Source: Octopus vulgaris (taxonomy: Eukaryota). Taken from it: DNA of 64,000 nt. Position 1 is the first letter of the stretch. Every line of letters starts with the position of its first letter. The position numbers were made by a program, and so were the translations under genes. Below the pieces are notes generated by a model that worked only from the letters and a program-made list of their open reading frames with translations, did no database searches and was not told the DNA's origin. Positions 54,421 to 64,000 of this stretch are shown one piece after another. The stretch is from positions 35,030,001 to 35,094,000 of the forward strand of contig OX597831.1 of NCBI GenBank assembly GCA_951406725.2, read 5' to 3'.

Positions 54421-54573
54421 CTACCCTTTTTATAATTTACCTTTGAGGTGCTTCAATTTTTATCATACTTTATATCTATCTATCTATCTATCTATCTATA
54501 TATATATATATATACATATATATGTATGCATGTACGTATGTGTGCTGTATGTAAATATCTTTATCTATCTATA

Positions 54574-54688
<115 letters not shown>

Positions 54689-54689
54689 G

Positions 54690-54736
<47 letters not shown>

Positions 54737-54814
54737 ATATAAATGAATACAAAACAGCAACACACACATGCACACACACACACACACGCACATGCACACG
54801 CACGTGCACAAACA

Positions 54815-54863
<49 letters not shown>

Positions 54864-55408
54864 ATACACACTCACACACATCCGAATCACTAATTAGGTC
54901 TCCTCAGAGGAAATTAATATATCATATTTCACACTTTTGCAGTTTTGCATTTTACTCCAGTTCATTCTTTTTTTTTTTACCAAACACACCAGCGTACAAT
55001 GCTGGTTCACTTGTCAGTGATTGCAACAGGAAAAGTAGTTTACCTATTGTTCACACTTCGGTAGTTAACAAAAGGAAAAGAAGCCAACCATTAAAAAGTA
55101 ATTGCTAACAAAAAAAAAAAAAAAAAAATACCCCCCCCCAAAAAAAAAAACAAAAAACTATGGAGCAAATAACCTATATTATGGGAATAACTGTAAGAAA
55201 TATGATATACATATATAGTTCCAAGCATGGCTGTGTGGTAAGAAACTTGCTTCCCAGCCACATGGTTCTGGGCTCAGTCCCACTGCATGGCACCATGAGT
55301 AAGTATCTTCTACTATGGCCTTGGACCAACCAATGCCTTGTGAGTGGATTTGGTAGATGGAAACTGAAAGAAGCTTGTCATATATATGTATGTGCAGCTA
55401 TATATACG

Positions 55409-55475
<67 letters not shown>

Positions 55476-55580
55476 ATATATGTGTGTGTGTATATATATA
55501 TATGTATGTATATGTGCTTATATATATATAGGTATATATATATGTATATGTACGTGTATTTACATGTTTATATGTGTGAA

Positions 55581-55648
<68 letters not shown>

Positions 55649-55655
55649 AAGAGAG

Positions 55656-55725
<70 letters not shown>

Positions 55726-56124
55726 GTTTATACTTAATTTATTTCTATTCACATGTTACATTGCAGCTAACTTCCAACAATGAAAAATAGGTCAGATGTC
55801 AGCTAATTTATTTTCAGATTTATGTTCCTCTGAGAGTTATATCTACCAAAAAGAATTTCTGACACAAATTCTTTAAATTTGATAGCAGAAATTTCAGTTT
55901 TCTGTTATAATTTTACTTTTCTGAAAATTAATGACTCTAGCACTATTTATTTATTAATGTCTTAGAATTTCTTTGTCGTTTCTAAGACATTAATTAAGTA
56001 GAATGGAAAAGTTCATCCTGATAGCTTCATCCATTTTTTTTTTATTATCATTTTTATTTTATTTTATATATTTTTTTTATGCAGAAGTTAGCAACTCGAA
56101 ACATCATTCAATTCAGTATCATTC

Positions 56125-56185
<61 letters not shown>

Positions 56186-57586
56186 TGTCATCATCGTCAC
56201 TGTCACCATCATTGATGTCATCGATGCTGTCGTCACTGTCGTCATCATCGTTGTCATCATCATCATTATCATCATCATCATCATCATCGCCATCATCATC
56301 ATCCATCATCATTGAACATCCATTTTCTATGTCAGCATGGGTTGGACATTTTGACAGGAGCTAGCAGTCTAGAAATCTGCACCGGGACCCCAATTGTCTG
56401 TTTTGGCAAGATTTCTATGGATGGGTGCCCTTTCTAACACCAACCACTTTACAGAGTGTACTGGGTGCTTTTTTACATGGCACCAGCACATATTAATTAA
56501 TAATAATTTATCTCAATTATTTTACTCATTTTTTTTTTACTATGCTTCTGCCAAAATGCACTGTATTTGCTTAATTACTTTTGAAAATAATGAATGATTT
56601 AGTAAAATAACATTTTCATTATTAAGCTAGCATTTACAGCAAATTAACATGAAAGTTTGATAAAATGTTTTAATTTATGTTAATTTACTTTAGTAAAGGA
56701 AGTTTCTGTCATAGAACTATTGAAGGTCTTGAGTGAGTTGATATCAAAAGGATTCAAGAATCACATGTCAAAGACATTCCCTTGTAACCATTCTTTAAAT
56801 TTGTGGTCTTCTGCCCAAGTTAAAAAATATCGATGATTTTACCCTTTTAATACCAACCTGCCTGAGAGCATTCACAGATTCTATGATACAAAACTCCCTA
56901 TTTTAAAGTGATCTAACTTTCTATCGAAATATATATGTAAATTTCTATCAAAATTTCATGTTTATTTCATATTCCAAACACTGACTTAATTCTTCTGCTA
57001 TAGGCACAAGGCCTGGAATTTTTGGTTGGATTGGAAGTTAGTCAATTACATTGACTCCAGGATTCAACTAGTACTTACTTTATTGACCCTAAATAGATAA
57101 AAAGCAAAGTTGACCTTGGTGAGATTTGAACTCAAAACAACAACTTGATAACAAAGTTACTTTACTAATTTCTTTGTTATTTTCAAAATTAATTGATGTC
57201 AGTGTATTGCAACAGAAATATGGTAACAAAAAGGTTGATCCTTTTCATACCAACTTGCTTGAAACTGGGTTTGGTTTAATGATATGAAAACTTCCTGTCT
57301 TAAAGAGATCTAAAGGAAAACCTACCATCAAAATTTCATGTTAGTTTATATTCAAAATGCTTGCTTAATATTGATTTCGAATATGGGCACAAGGCCAGTA
57401 ATTTTGGGGATGTGGGTAAGTTGAATACATGACCCCAGTGTTCAACTGGTACTTATTTTATCATCGTCACAAGGATGAAAAGCAAAGTCAACCTTGGTGG
57501 AATTTGAACCCAGAATGGGAAAACTGACAAAGTACCAAGAAGCCTTGTGCCTGGCATGCTAATGATTCTACTCTATCCTAGCTTTA

Positions 57587-57622
<36 letters not shown>

Positions 57623-58479
57623 TAATAATAATAATTATAATAATAATAATAATAATTAATGAAATTATTGTATACAGTACTCAGGTGCACCACAACTACT
57701 CAGGTGCACCACAACATTGATAATGTTATTTTATTAAAGATAGAATAGGCAGGACAAGAAGAGACATATGAGACAGAGAGTTGTTGAAGTGGTCACAGAA
57801 CATGTGACGAAAGAACTTTGACAGACAAATAAACCAAAAGTAATTATACTCAAGTGAAGATAAAATAATTAGTGCATGTGTTTAACTGGCTAAATTTGAC
57901 CATCCCCATATATAACTATCATCATCATCATCATCAGCATCATCATCAGCATCATCATCATCATCATCATCAACATCATCATCATCATCGTTTAATGTCT
58001 GCCTTCCATGTTAGCATGGGTGGGATGGTTTGACAAGAGCCAGCCAGGCTGAAGCCTGTGCCAGACATCTGTGATTGTTTTGGCAGGATTTTTACAGCTG
58101 GATGCTCTTCCTAACATCAACCACTCAGCAGAGTGGACTTAGTGCATTTACGTGGCACAAGCACAGGTGAGGTCAGCATTGGCAAGGTTTTTACAGCTGG
58201 ATGCCCTTTCACACACCAACCACTTTACAGTGTGGACTGGGTGCTTGTAAGTGGCACCTGTACTGACAGGGTCACCAAGTACTTGCAAGCCAAAAAAAAA
58301 AATAAAACTTTCTATATTTTATTAAATTCGTCATTATTTTTCAAATTAATTAAAACAAAGGCATTGTATTCCAACAGAACTTGTTAACACAAAGGTTAAA
58401 GAAATATATCAATTATGTGGCTGCCAGAACTTGAGACAAAGCTTAAGGTCTGGAATCGAAGGGTCTTAAGGTTAACCTA

Positions 58480-58660
58480 GCAAAAACCAAAGTCTTAGTA
58501 AGTAGGAAGGTTGATAAATCACAAACCCCTGCATGATTTGTAGAAAAGGCATGGGTAGAAACTCTGATCGATGTACCTGGTGTAAGCTATGGACACATAA
58601 GAGGTGCAGCAATATCAAAGGAAGGTTAACTAGGAAGACAGTTTTTGTGTGGCAGATGTA
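58480..58660 (+). mobile_element. RTE LINE fragment encoding a PHD-like zinc finger
   Basis: PCMICRKGMGRNSDRCTWCKLWTHKRCSNIKGRL. Confidence 0.6.
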
Positions 58661-60918
58661 CACCATCATCATCATGATCACATCATTGGTCGCAATGTGT
58701 TTTTGCATTGTTTTAGCCTTCAAATGATACCACCCCACTGGAAAGGTGAGCAGGCCAATATTATCCCCCTGATTGAAAGGGGAACTGGATCAAGGTGAAA
58801 TGAAGTATTTTGCTTGAGAATACGATGTGTTGCCCAGTCAGGGAATTGAACTTACGATCTACTGATCATAGACATGAATACAACAGCCTAACTACTAGGC
58901 TATGTACCTTCACACACATGCACACACACACACAGGTATGTATTTTTGTGTTGGTGTTTGTCCACCACCACTTTACAACCAGTGTTGGTGTGTTTTTGTC
59001 CCCGTTACTCAGCAGTTTGGCAAAAGAGACTGTTAGAGCAAGTACCAGGCTTAGATATAAGATAACTACTGCATGTTGATTTGTTCAACTGATAGCCCTT
59101 CAGGGCTGTGCCCCAGCATGGCCGCAGTCTAATATCTGAAACAAGTAAAAAATAAAAATCATCACAATGGATGAAGACCATTCAACTACAATGATGTTAT
59201 TGGTTAGGAGAGAGAGAGAGTGAGAGAGGAAGAGGAAGAGAGAGGAAGAGAGAGAGAGTGACATACACAACATGATTCCTTGTGCTGTGCGGAGAAACGT
59301 ATCTCAGCTGAGGTTGCACATTGGTGGCAGGCCTCTTCATCCTCTTCCTCAACATCAGAATGGCCATTAATCTTCAAAAGCAATACCACTGCCACCACCA
59401 TCATCACCATCACCAATAACAACAACACCAAAACCACTAAAATCTCCATCACCACCATCGTTGCTATCGCCATCACTACTTTTGTCCTCATTGCCCTTTC
59501 TAGTAGTTCTCTCCTCCTCCTCTTCCCCCTCATCATCGTCTTCCACCTCCTCATCCTCTTCTGCATTGTCATCCTTTTCCTTCTCTGCCTTCTCCTCTTC
59601 CTTCCCAATACTGTCATCATGTCATTATTCCTGTCATTGTCATCACCACCACCACCACTACCAACAACAACAACAACAATCACCACCACCACTACCATCA
59701 CCATCACCACCATCATCATCACCACCACCACCAACACAACCACCACCAACAACAGCAACAACACCATCAACATAACCACCACCATCATCATCACCACCAC
59801 CACCAACAACAACAACACCATCAACACCACCACCATCATCATCATCATCACTACCACCACCACCAACACCACCAACACAACCACCACCACCACCAACAAT
59901 CACCACCTTCATCACCAACACCACCACTACCACCATCATCATCATCATCTTCATCTGACATCAACTAAGTCATTCAAACCAGGCCCTGCCCCTTACAGAT
60001 GATTAACATTTCTCCCACCAAATTTTTCCTGCCTCCTTCCTCTCATCCTTCATTTACATTCTCTTTTTCCTCTTTCACAATCTTGCACTTCCTTCTCTGT
60101 TCCTACTTTCTCTCACATGCTCCACCACCACCACCACCACCACCACCAAAACCACCACCACCACCAGCCCATGACATCTACCCCCACCCCCGACAAATAA
60201 TCGCCAAACAGTTTACAATCTATCCTAATTACAAAACACTCTTATTCTTTCCATTCAGGATCTCCTCTCTGACCAAAAAGGCAATTAAGGAGAGCAGGAC
60301 GTAAGAACATAAGGGAATGACATTAGCATGTAAGGGCAGGATATTAGCAGTAGGGAATAAATTAAGGGTCAAAAGACATACATATCTATGTATGTATGTA
60401 TGTATGAAAGTATCTTGTTTTGTTCATCATCCTTTAAATCTCGTAGATTTTCATAGTCCAAGATATCACAATCATTTGTAGTAGATGTTTCCACCGTCTT
60501 GGCTTATCAGGCCTCATCTTTTGTTTTTACTATTTTGTTCTCATTGTTCTGACTTTTACTGTTTTTACTTTTTTATTGTGTTTACTGTTTTGTTCACAAT
60601 GTCCTGTTCTTGTTACCACTTTCACCCTCCGCAAAAAATCCCAAATTTTATTTAATTTGCTTTGCGGGAAGGACTGTTTCAACAAAGTCGCATCTTGTCC
60701 TTACCTTCGAAATGCAGAGTAGATGAAACAGGGACAACTGAAGAGGGGGAATATTCTTTATGTTGTATGTCTCGTTTCTCTGTTTTTTCGTTGTTCGAAA
60801 AAACGTTCATTTCTATGTTTTTGTTTTTATGTTTTCGTTTCTCATTGTGTTCAACATTTTTTTTGATGTCCTGTACCCATATATGCATGTATATATACAT
60901 ATATATGTAGGTATGTAC

Positions 60919-60951
<33 letters not shown>

Positions 60952-61106
60952 TGTATGAATGAATGTATGTATGTATGTATGTATGTATGTATGCATATAT
61001 TTATATATTACTTATATTGATTGATTGATTGATTGATTCTAGTTTCAACTTATGAGCTGTGGCCATGCTGGGGCACCGCCATTTGGTGTTGCTACTTGGT
61101 TTCACT

Positions 61107-63236
61107 TCATGGAGGCTTTCTAGCAACTGCTATTTGGTGCATGAGAGAGTTCGATGCAGCTGCCCTCATCTGCCCCTCCTGCCGTGAAGTTGGTTCATCT
61201 GGGACACCTGACAGGAAGAGATCCAGCTTCATTTTAAAGACATCTGTATCCGCCCCATGCAGGTCTCTCAGGTTCTTCGGGAGGATATTGAAGAGCTGTG
61301 GGCCTCGGAAGCCCAGGCTATCACAGAATCTTGTCCTACATCTTGATGGCAGGTTTGGAGTCCTAGGCACCACGCAGTGGCGCCCAGTTCTGGCATTTGC
61401 ATAACTCTCGATGCCAAAGTTCAGGACACTTCCCTCCAGGATCTTCCAGATGTATATTATGGCATATCTTTCCCGCCTACGCTCCAGGGAATATAATTTT
61501 AATCTCTTGAGTCTTTCCCAGTAGCTTACATTCTGCATAGAGGCTATCTTCTTTGTGTAGCTTCGTTGGATCGCCTCAAGTTCTGTGATCAACTTGACAC
61601 TGGATGGTGACCATAGCTGAGAGCAATAGTCAAAGTGGCTTAGGACAAGTGTCTTCCAGAGGACCGTCATGGTTTCTTGTTCTCTTGTTCTAAAGGTTCT
61701 AAGAATCCATCCAGCCAGCCGTCTACATTTCATTGTCAGTTTAGCAACATGTACATGAAAGGTCGCGTCATCACTCATGTGAATACCCAGGTCACGCACT
61801 GATTGTGCCTCTGGGATTGCAATCCCTCCGGGTCCAGTGTATTCATTGGGTATTGCATTCAGTTTTGCATGCTGATAGTATAAAGCTTGAAACTTTCCAG
61901 CATTGAACTGCATGCTATTCTTTTCAGCCCACTTGTATATTTCGTCCAGCTCACATTGCAGGTGTTTAGTGTCCTCAGGGTTCTGTATTGCCTGTGAAAC
62001 TTTTGTATCATCTGCATAACTTGTGATCGTGGATCTCTGCGTGGCTGAGGGCATGTCTGAGAGGGCCATTATGAACAGTAGTGGTCCCAAAACAGTGCCC
62101 TGTGGAACACCGCTCACTATTTGCGTGCTAATGGAAGTGGCCCCATTGGCTACTACCACCTGACTTCTATTCTTCAGAAAGTCATGAAGCCATTCTCCTA
62201 GTTTTCCAACTATGCCAAGATCACGCAGTTTGTGACATATCATTCCATGATCGACTTTATCGAAGGTCTTTGCGAAGTCGAGATATATGACTTCAACATT
62301 TGAGTGGTTGAGCAGTTGTTTCAGCACCCAGTCATAGTGCTGCAGGAGCTGAGTTAAGCAGCTTCTTCCTGGTCGGAAACCATGTTGGGTGTCAGGCAGC
62401 AAGTCATTTTCTTCAAGGAAGGTGATTAGTTTCCTTCTGACTATTCGTTCCATGACCTTGCTGATGTGTGAGGTCAGAGAGATAGGTCTGTAATTCTTGG
62501 CCTCCGCTCTGCTACCTCCTTTATGAATAGGGCATATTTTACCTTCCTTCAGTCCCCTTGGAAGTTTGCCAGCTGCAAGGAAGCTCTGAAAGAGGAACTG
62601 CAGTGGTCTTGCTAAGACTCTCTTACATACTTTTAGGAGGATTGCCGGGAATCCATCGGGGCCAATAGCTGAGTCTATTTTCATTTCATCTATAGCCTTT
62701 ATTACATCGTCTTCCTTTATATCGATGTAATTTATCGTCGCCGCCTCTGATTCTATATCTGCAGTGGTAAAGAAGTCAGTTGGATTGCTGATTTGGAAAT
62801 GCCCAAGGGGTGGAGTGAAAACACTCTTGAATTGTTCATTCAGTATTTCACTTACCCTCATTGGTTTTCCTGTGAGTGTGCCATCCTTTTCAAGGAGTGG
62901 CCCTATCCTACAGTGCACCGTAGCTGTTTCTTTGGCATACCTGTAGAAAGCTCTGGGGTTAGTTTTTATGTTGTCTATAGCCCAGGCTTCTTTGTCTGCT
63001 CTTTCCTTCTCATGGGAGAGTTGCAGACAATTTTCAATTTCCAACAGTTTTATTTTCAGGCGGGACTTTTCACTGCTTTCAATTTGTTTGTTTAGGCGAT
63101 TTGAAATTTTTGTACGCCGTCTCATTAAAATTTTCCTCTCTCTGGGGATTTTGTTCTTGTGTACAGTGGCCTTTCTCTCTGGGACACATTTGTAGCATAT
63201 GGCTTGCATTACAGACATGAATTGTTGAAGTATCAT
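61107..63236 (-). CDS. Non-LTR reverse transcriptase (ORF2 C-terminal part)
   Basis: NYRPISLTS, QHGFRPGRSC, YLDFAKTFDKV, GVPQGTVLGP and YADD motifs. Confidence 0.93.
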   Translation of the reverse strand: MILQQFMSVMQAICYKCVPERKATVHKNKIPRERKILMRRRTKISNRLNKQIESSEKSRLKIKLLEIENCLQLSHEKERADKEAWAIDNIKTNPRAFYRYAKETATVHCRIGPLLEKDGTLTGKPMRVSEILNEQFKSVFTPPLGHFQISNPTDFFTTADIESEAATINYIDIKEDDVIKAIDEMKIDSAIGPDGFPAILLKVCKRVLARPLQFLFQSFLAAGKLPRGLKEGKICPIHKGGSRAEAKNYRPISLTSHISKVMERIVRRKLITFLEENDLLPDTQHGFRPGRSCLTQLLQHYDWVLKQLLNHSNVEVIYLDFAKTFDKVDHGMICHKLRDLGIVGKLGEWLHDFLKNRSQVVVANGATSISTQIVSGVPQGTVLGPLLFIMALSDMPSATQRSTITSYADDTKVSQAIQNPEDTKHLQCELDEIYKWAEKNSMQFNAGKFQALYYQHAKLNAIPNEYTGPGGIAIPEAQSVRDLGIHMSDDATFHVHVAKLTMKCRRLAGWILRTFRTREQETMTVLWKTLVLSHFDYCSQLWSPSSVKLITELEAIQRSYTKKIASMQNVSYWERLKRLKLYSLERRRERYAIIYIWKILEGSVLNFGIESYANARTGRHCVVPRTPNLPSRCRTRFCDSLGFRGPQLFNILPKNLRDLHGADTDVFKMKLDLFLSGVPDEPTSRQEGQMRAAASNSLMHQIAVARKPP

Positions 63237-63272
63237 GTCGATGTCCGGCGAGGAGAGACATTCAGGCCAGTT

Positions 63273-63857
63273 TTATTTGAGGATCTCTTTCTCAATTTGT
63301 TTCCAGTTTGCCTTATTGAAGTTCAAGCTGGAAAGATTCTGAGGGTTTCTTGTAGGCTGCATGTCCGTGCTCTCTTTTGGCCCGTACATGGTCAGCTCTA
63401 CCATGTTGTGATCCGAGAGTAGTGTCGGTGTCACTTTCACATTATGGATGAGATCCATATTATTTGTGAAGCAGAGATCCAGTGTGTTACCTGCTCTGGT
63501 TGGTTGCAGTATTACTTGCTCCATGTACAGGGTGTTGGTGAGGTTCAGGAGGGACCTCGCCTGTCCACGTTCACATCTTGTCATTCCTGGGAGAGAAAGG
63601 CCCTCGGGCCATCTGACATTCGGTAGATTGAAGTCTCCCATGAGAAGTACACTTATGTGTTGTTCTAATGTGGTTAGAACTTCTTCTATTTTTATAAGGC
63701 AGTCCTCAAACTTGCCCATATGACTTGGGGCATCTGGAGGGCGATATGTAGCACACACAACTACATCAAGTTGCCTTATGTGTACAATTAGTGTGTCACA
63801 CACCGAGTTTGAGTATGACAAAAGGACCTGGGGTGTGAGGTCCCCACGGATGTACAT
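63273..63857 (-). CDS. APE-type endonuclease domain of LINE ORF2 (frameshifted from the RT part)
   Basis: YRPP, MGDFNLP, PTRAGNTLDLCF and SDHN motifs. Confidence 0.88.
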   Translation of the reverse strand: MYIRGDLTPQVLLSYSNSVCDTLIVHIRQLDVVVCATYRPPDAPSHMGKFEDCLIKIEEVLTTLEQHISVLLMGDFNLPNVRWPEGLSLPGMTRCERGQARSLLNLTNTLYMEQVILQPTRAGNTLDLCFTNNMDLIHNVKVTPTLLSDHNMVELTMYGPKESTDMQPTRNPQNLSSLNFNKANWKQIEKEILK

Positions 63858-64000
63858 AGCAACTCCTCCATGACTCCTTTCTTTCCTGTCGGTCCGTAGT
63901 ACAACATACTGTGGTATGTGTAATTCCGCATCTGCTATGTCCGGTTTCAGATGCGTTTCTGTGAGTGCTATGCATAAGGCTTGATTGCATGCGACAAAGT

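Larger units (their letters stand above)
61020..64000 (-). mobile_element. Young CR1-group LINE (ORF2 EN+RT, 3' UTR, (AATC)n tail); continues beyond the window
   Basis: 709-aa RT ORF, upstream APE ORF pieces and a microsatellite tail. Confidence 0.92.

Noticed and set aside
59204-60002. Thr/His/Val-rich ORFs (also 44586-45039, 29301-29807 and 56003-56315)
   Set aside because: Degenerate trinucleotide repeats, open on both strands, with no convincing splice context.

Overview
AT-rich, repeat-saturated eukaryotic DNA. The SINE families, (TA)n/(CA)n/(CAT)n/(AAT)n microsatellites and LINE types look like a coleoid cephalopod, most likely Octopus (inferred, not searched). Most listed ORFs are microsatellite artefacts. 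Real content: (1) a spliced minus-strand gene model of unknown function, built by hand from GT-AG exons in compatible phases (25.4 to 16.1 kb, with a second exon set at 15.6 to 0.3 kb), plus a CpG-enriched candidate promoter near 35.2-36.3 kb; (2) LINE relics (a young near-intact CR1-group ORF2, L1/Tx1, RTE, R4/Dong, CRE-like), Tc1/mariner relics, MITEs, Helentron-like elements and three tRNA-SINE families; (3) the most notable signal, about a dozen hammerhead-ribozyme (HHR) or HHR-like motifs in several different small non-coding elements with direct or inverted terminal repeats (Penelope-like/retrozyme architecture). Five have intact or compensated cores, including a U3-A8 covariant. Also notable: two apparent LINE-SINE 3'-tail partnerships and an inverted array of an NF-kB/STAT/HSE-like 17-mer. 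Repeat boundaries are approximate; exon and HHR coordinates were counted by hand.
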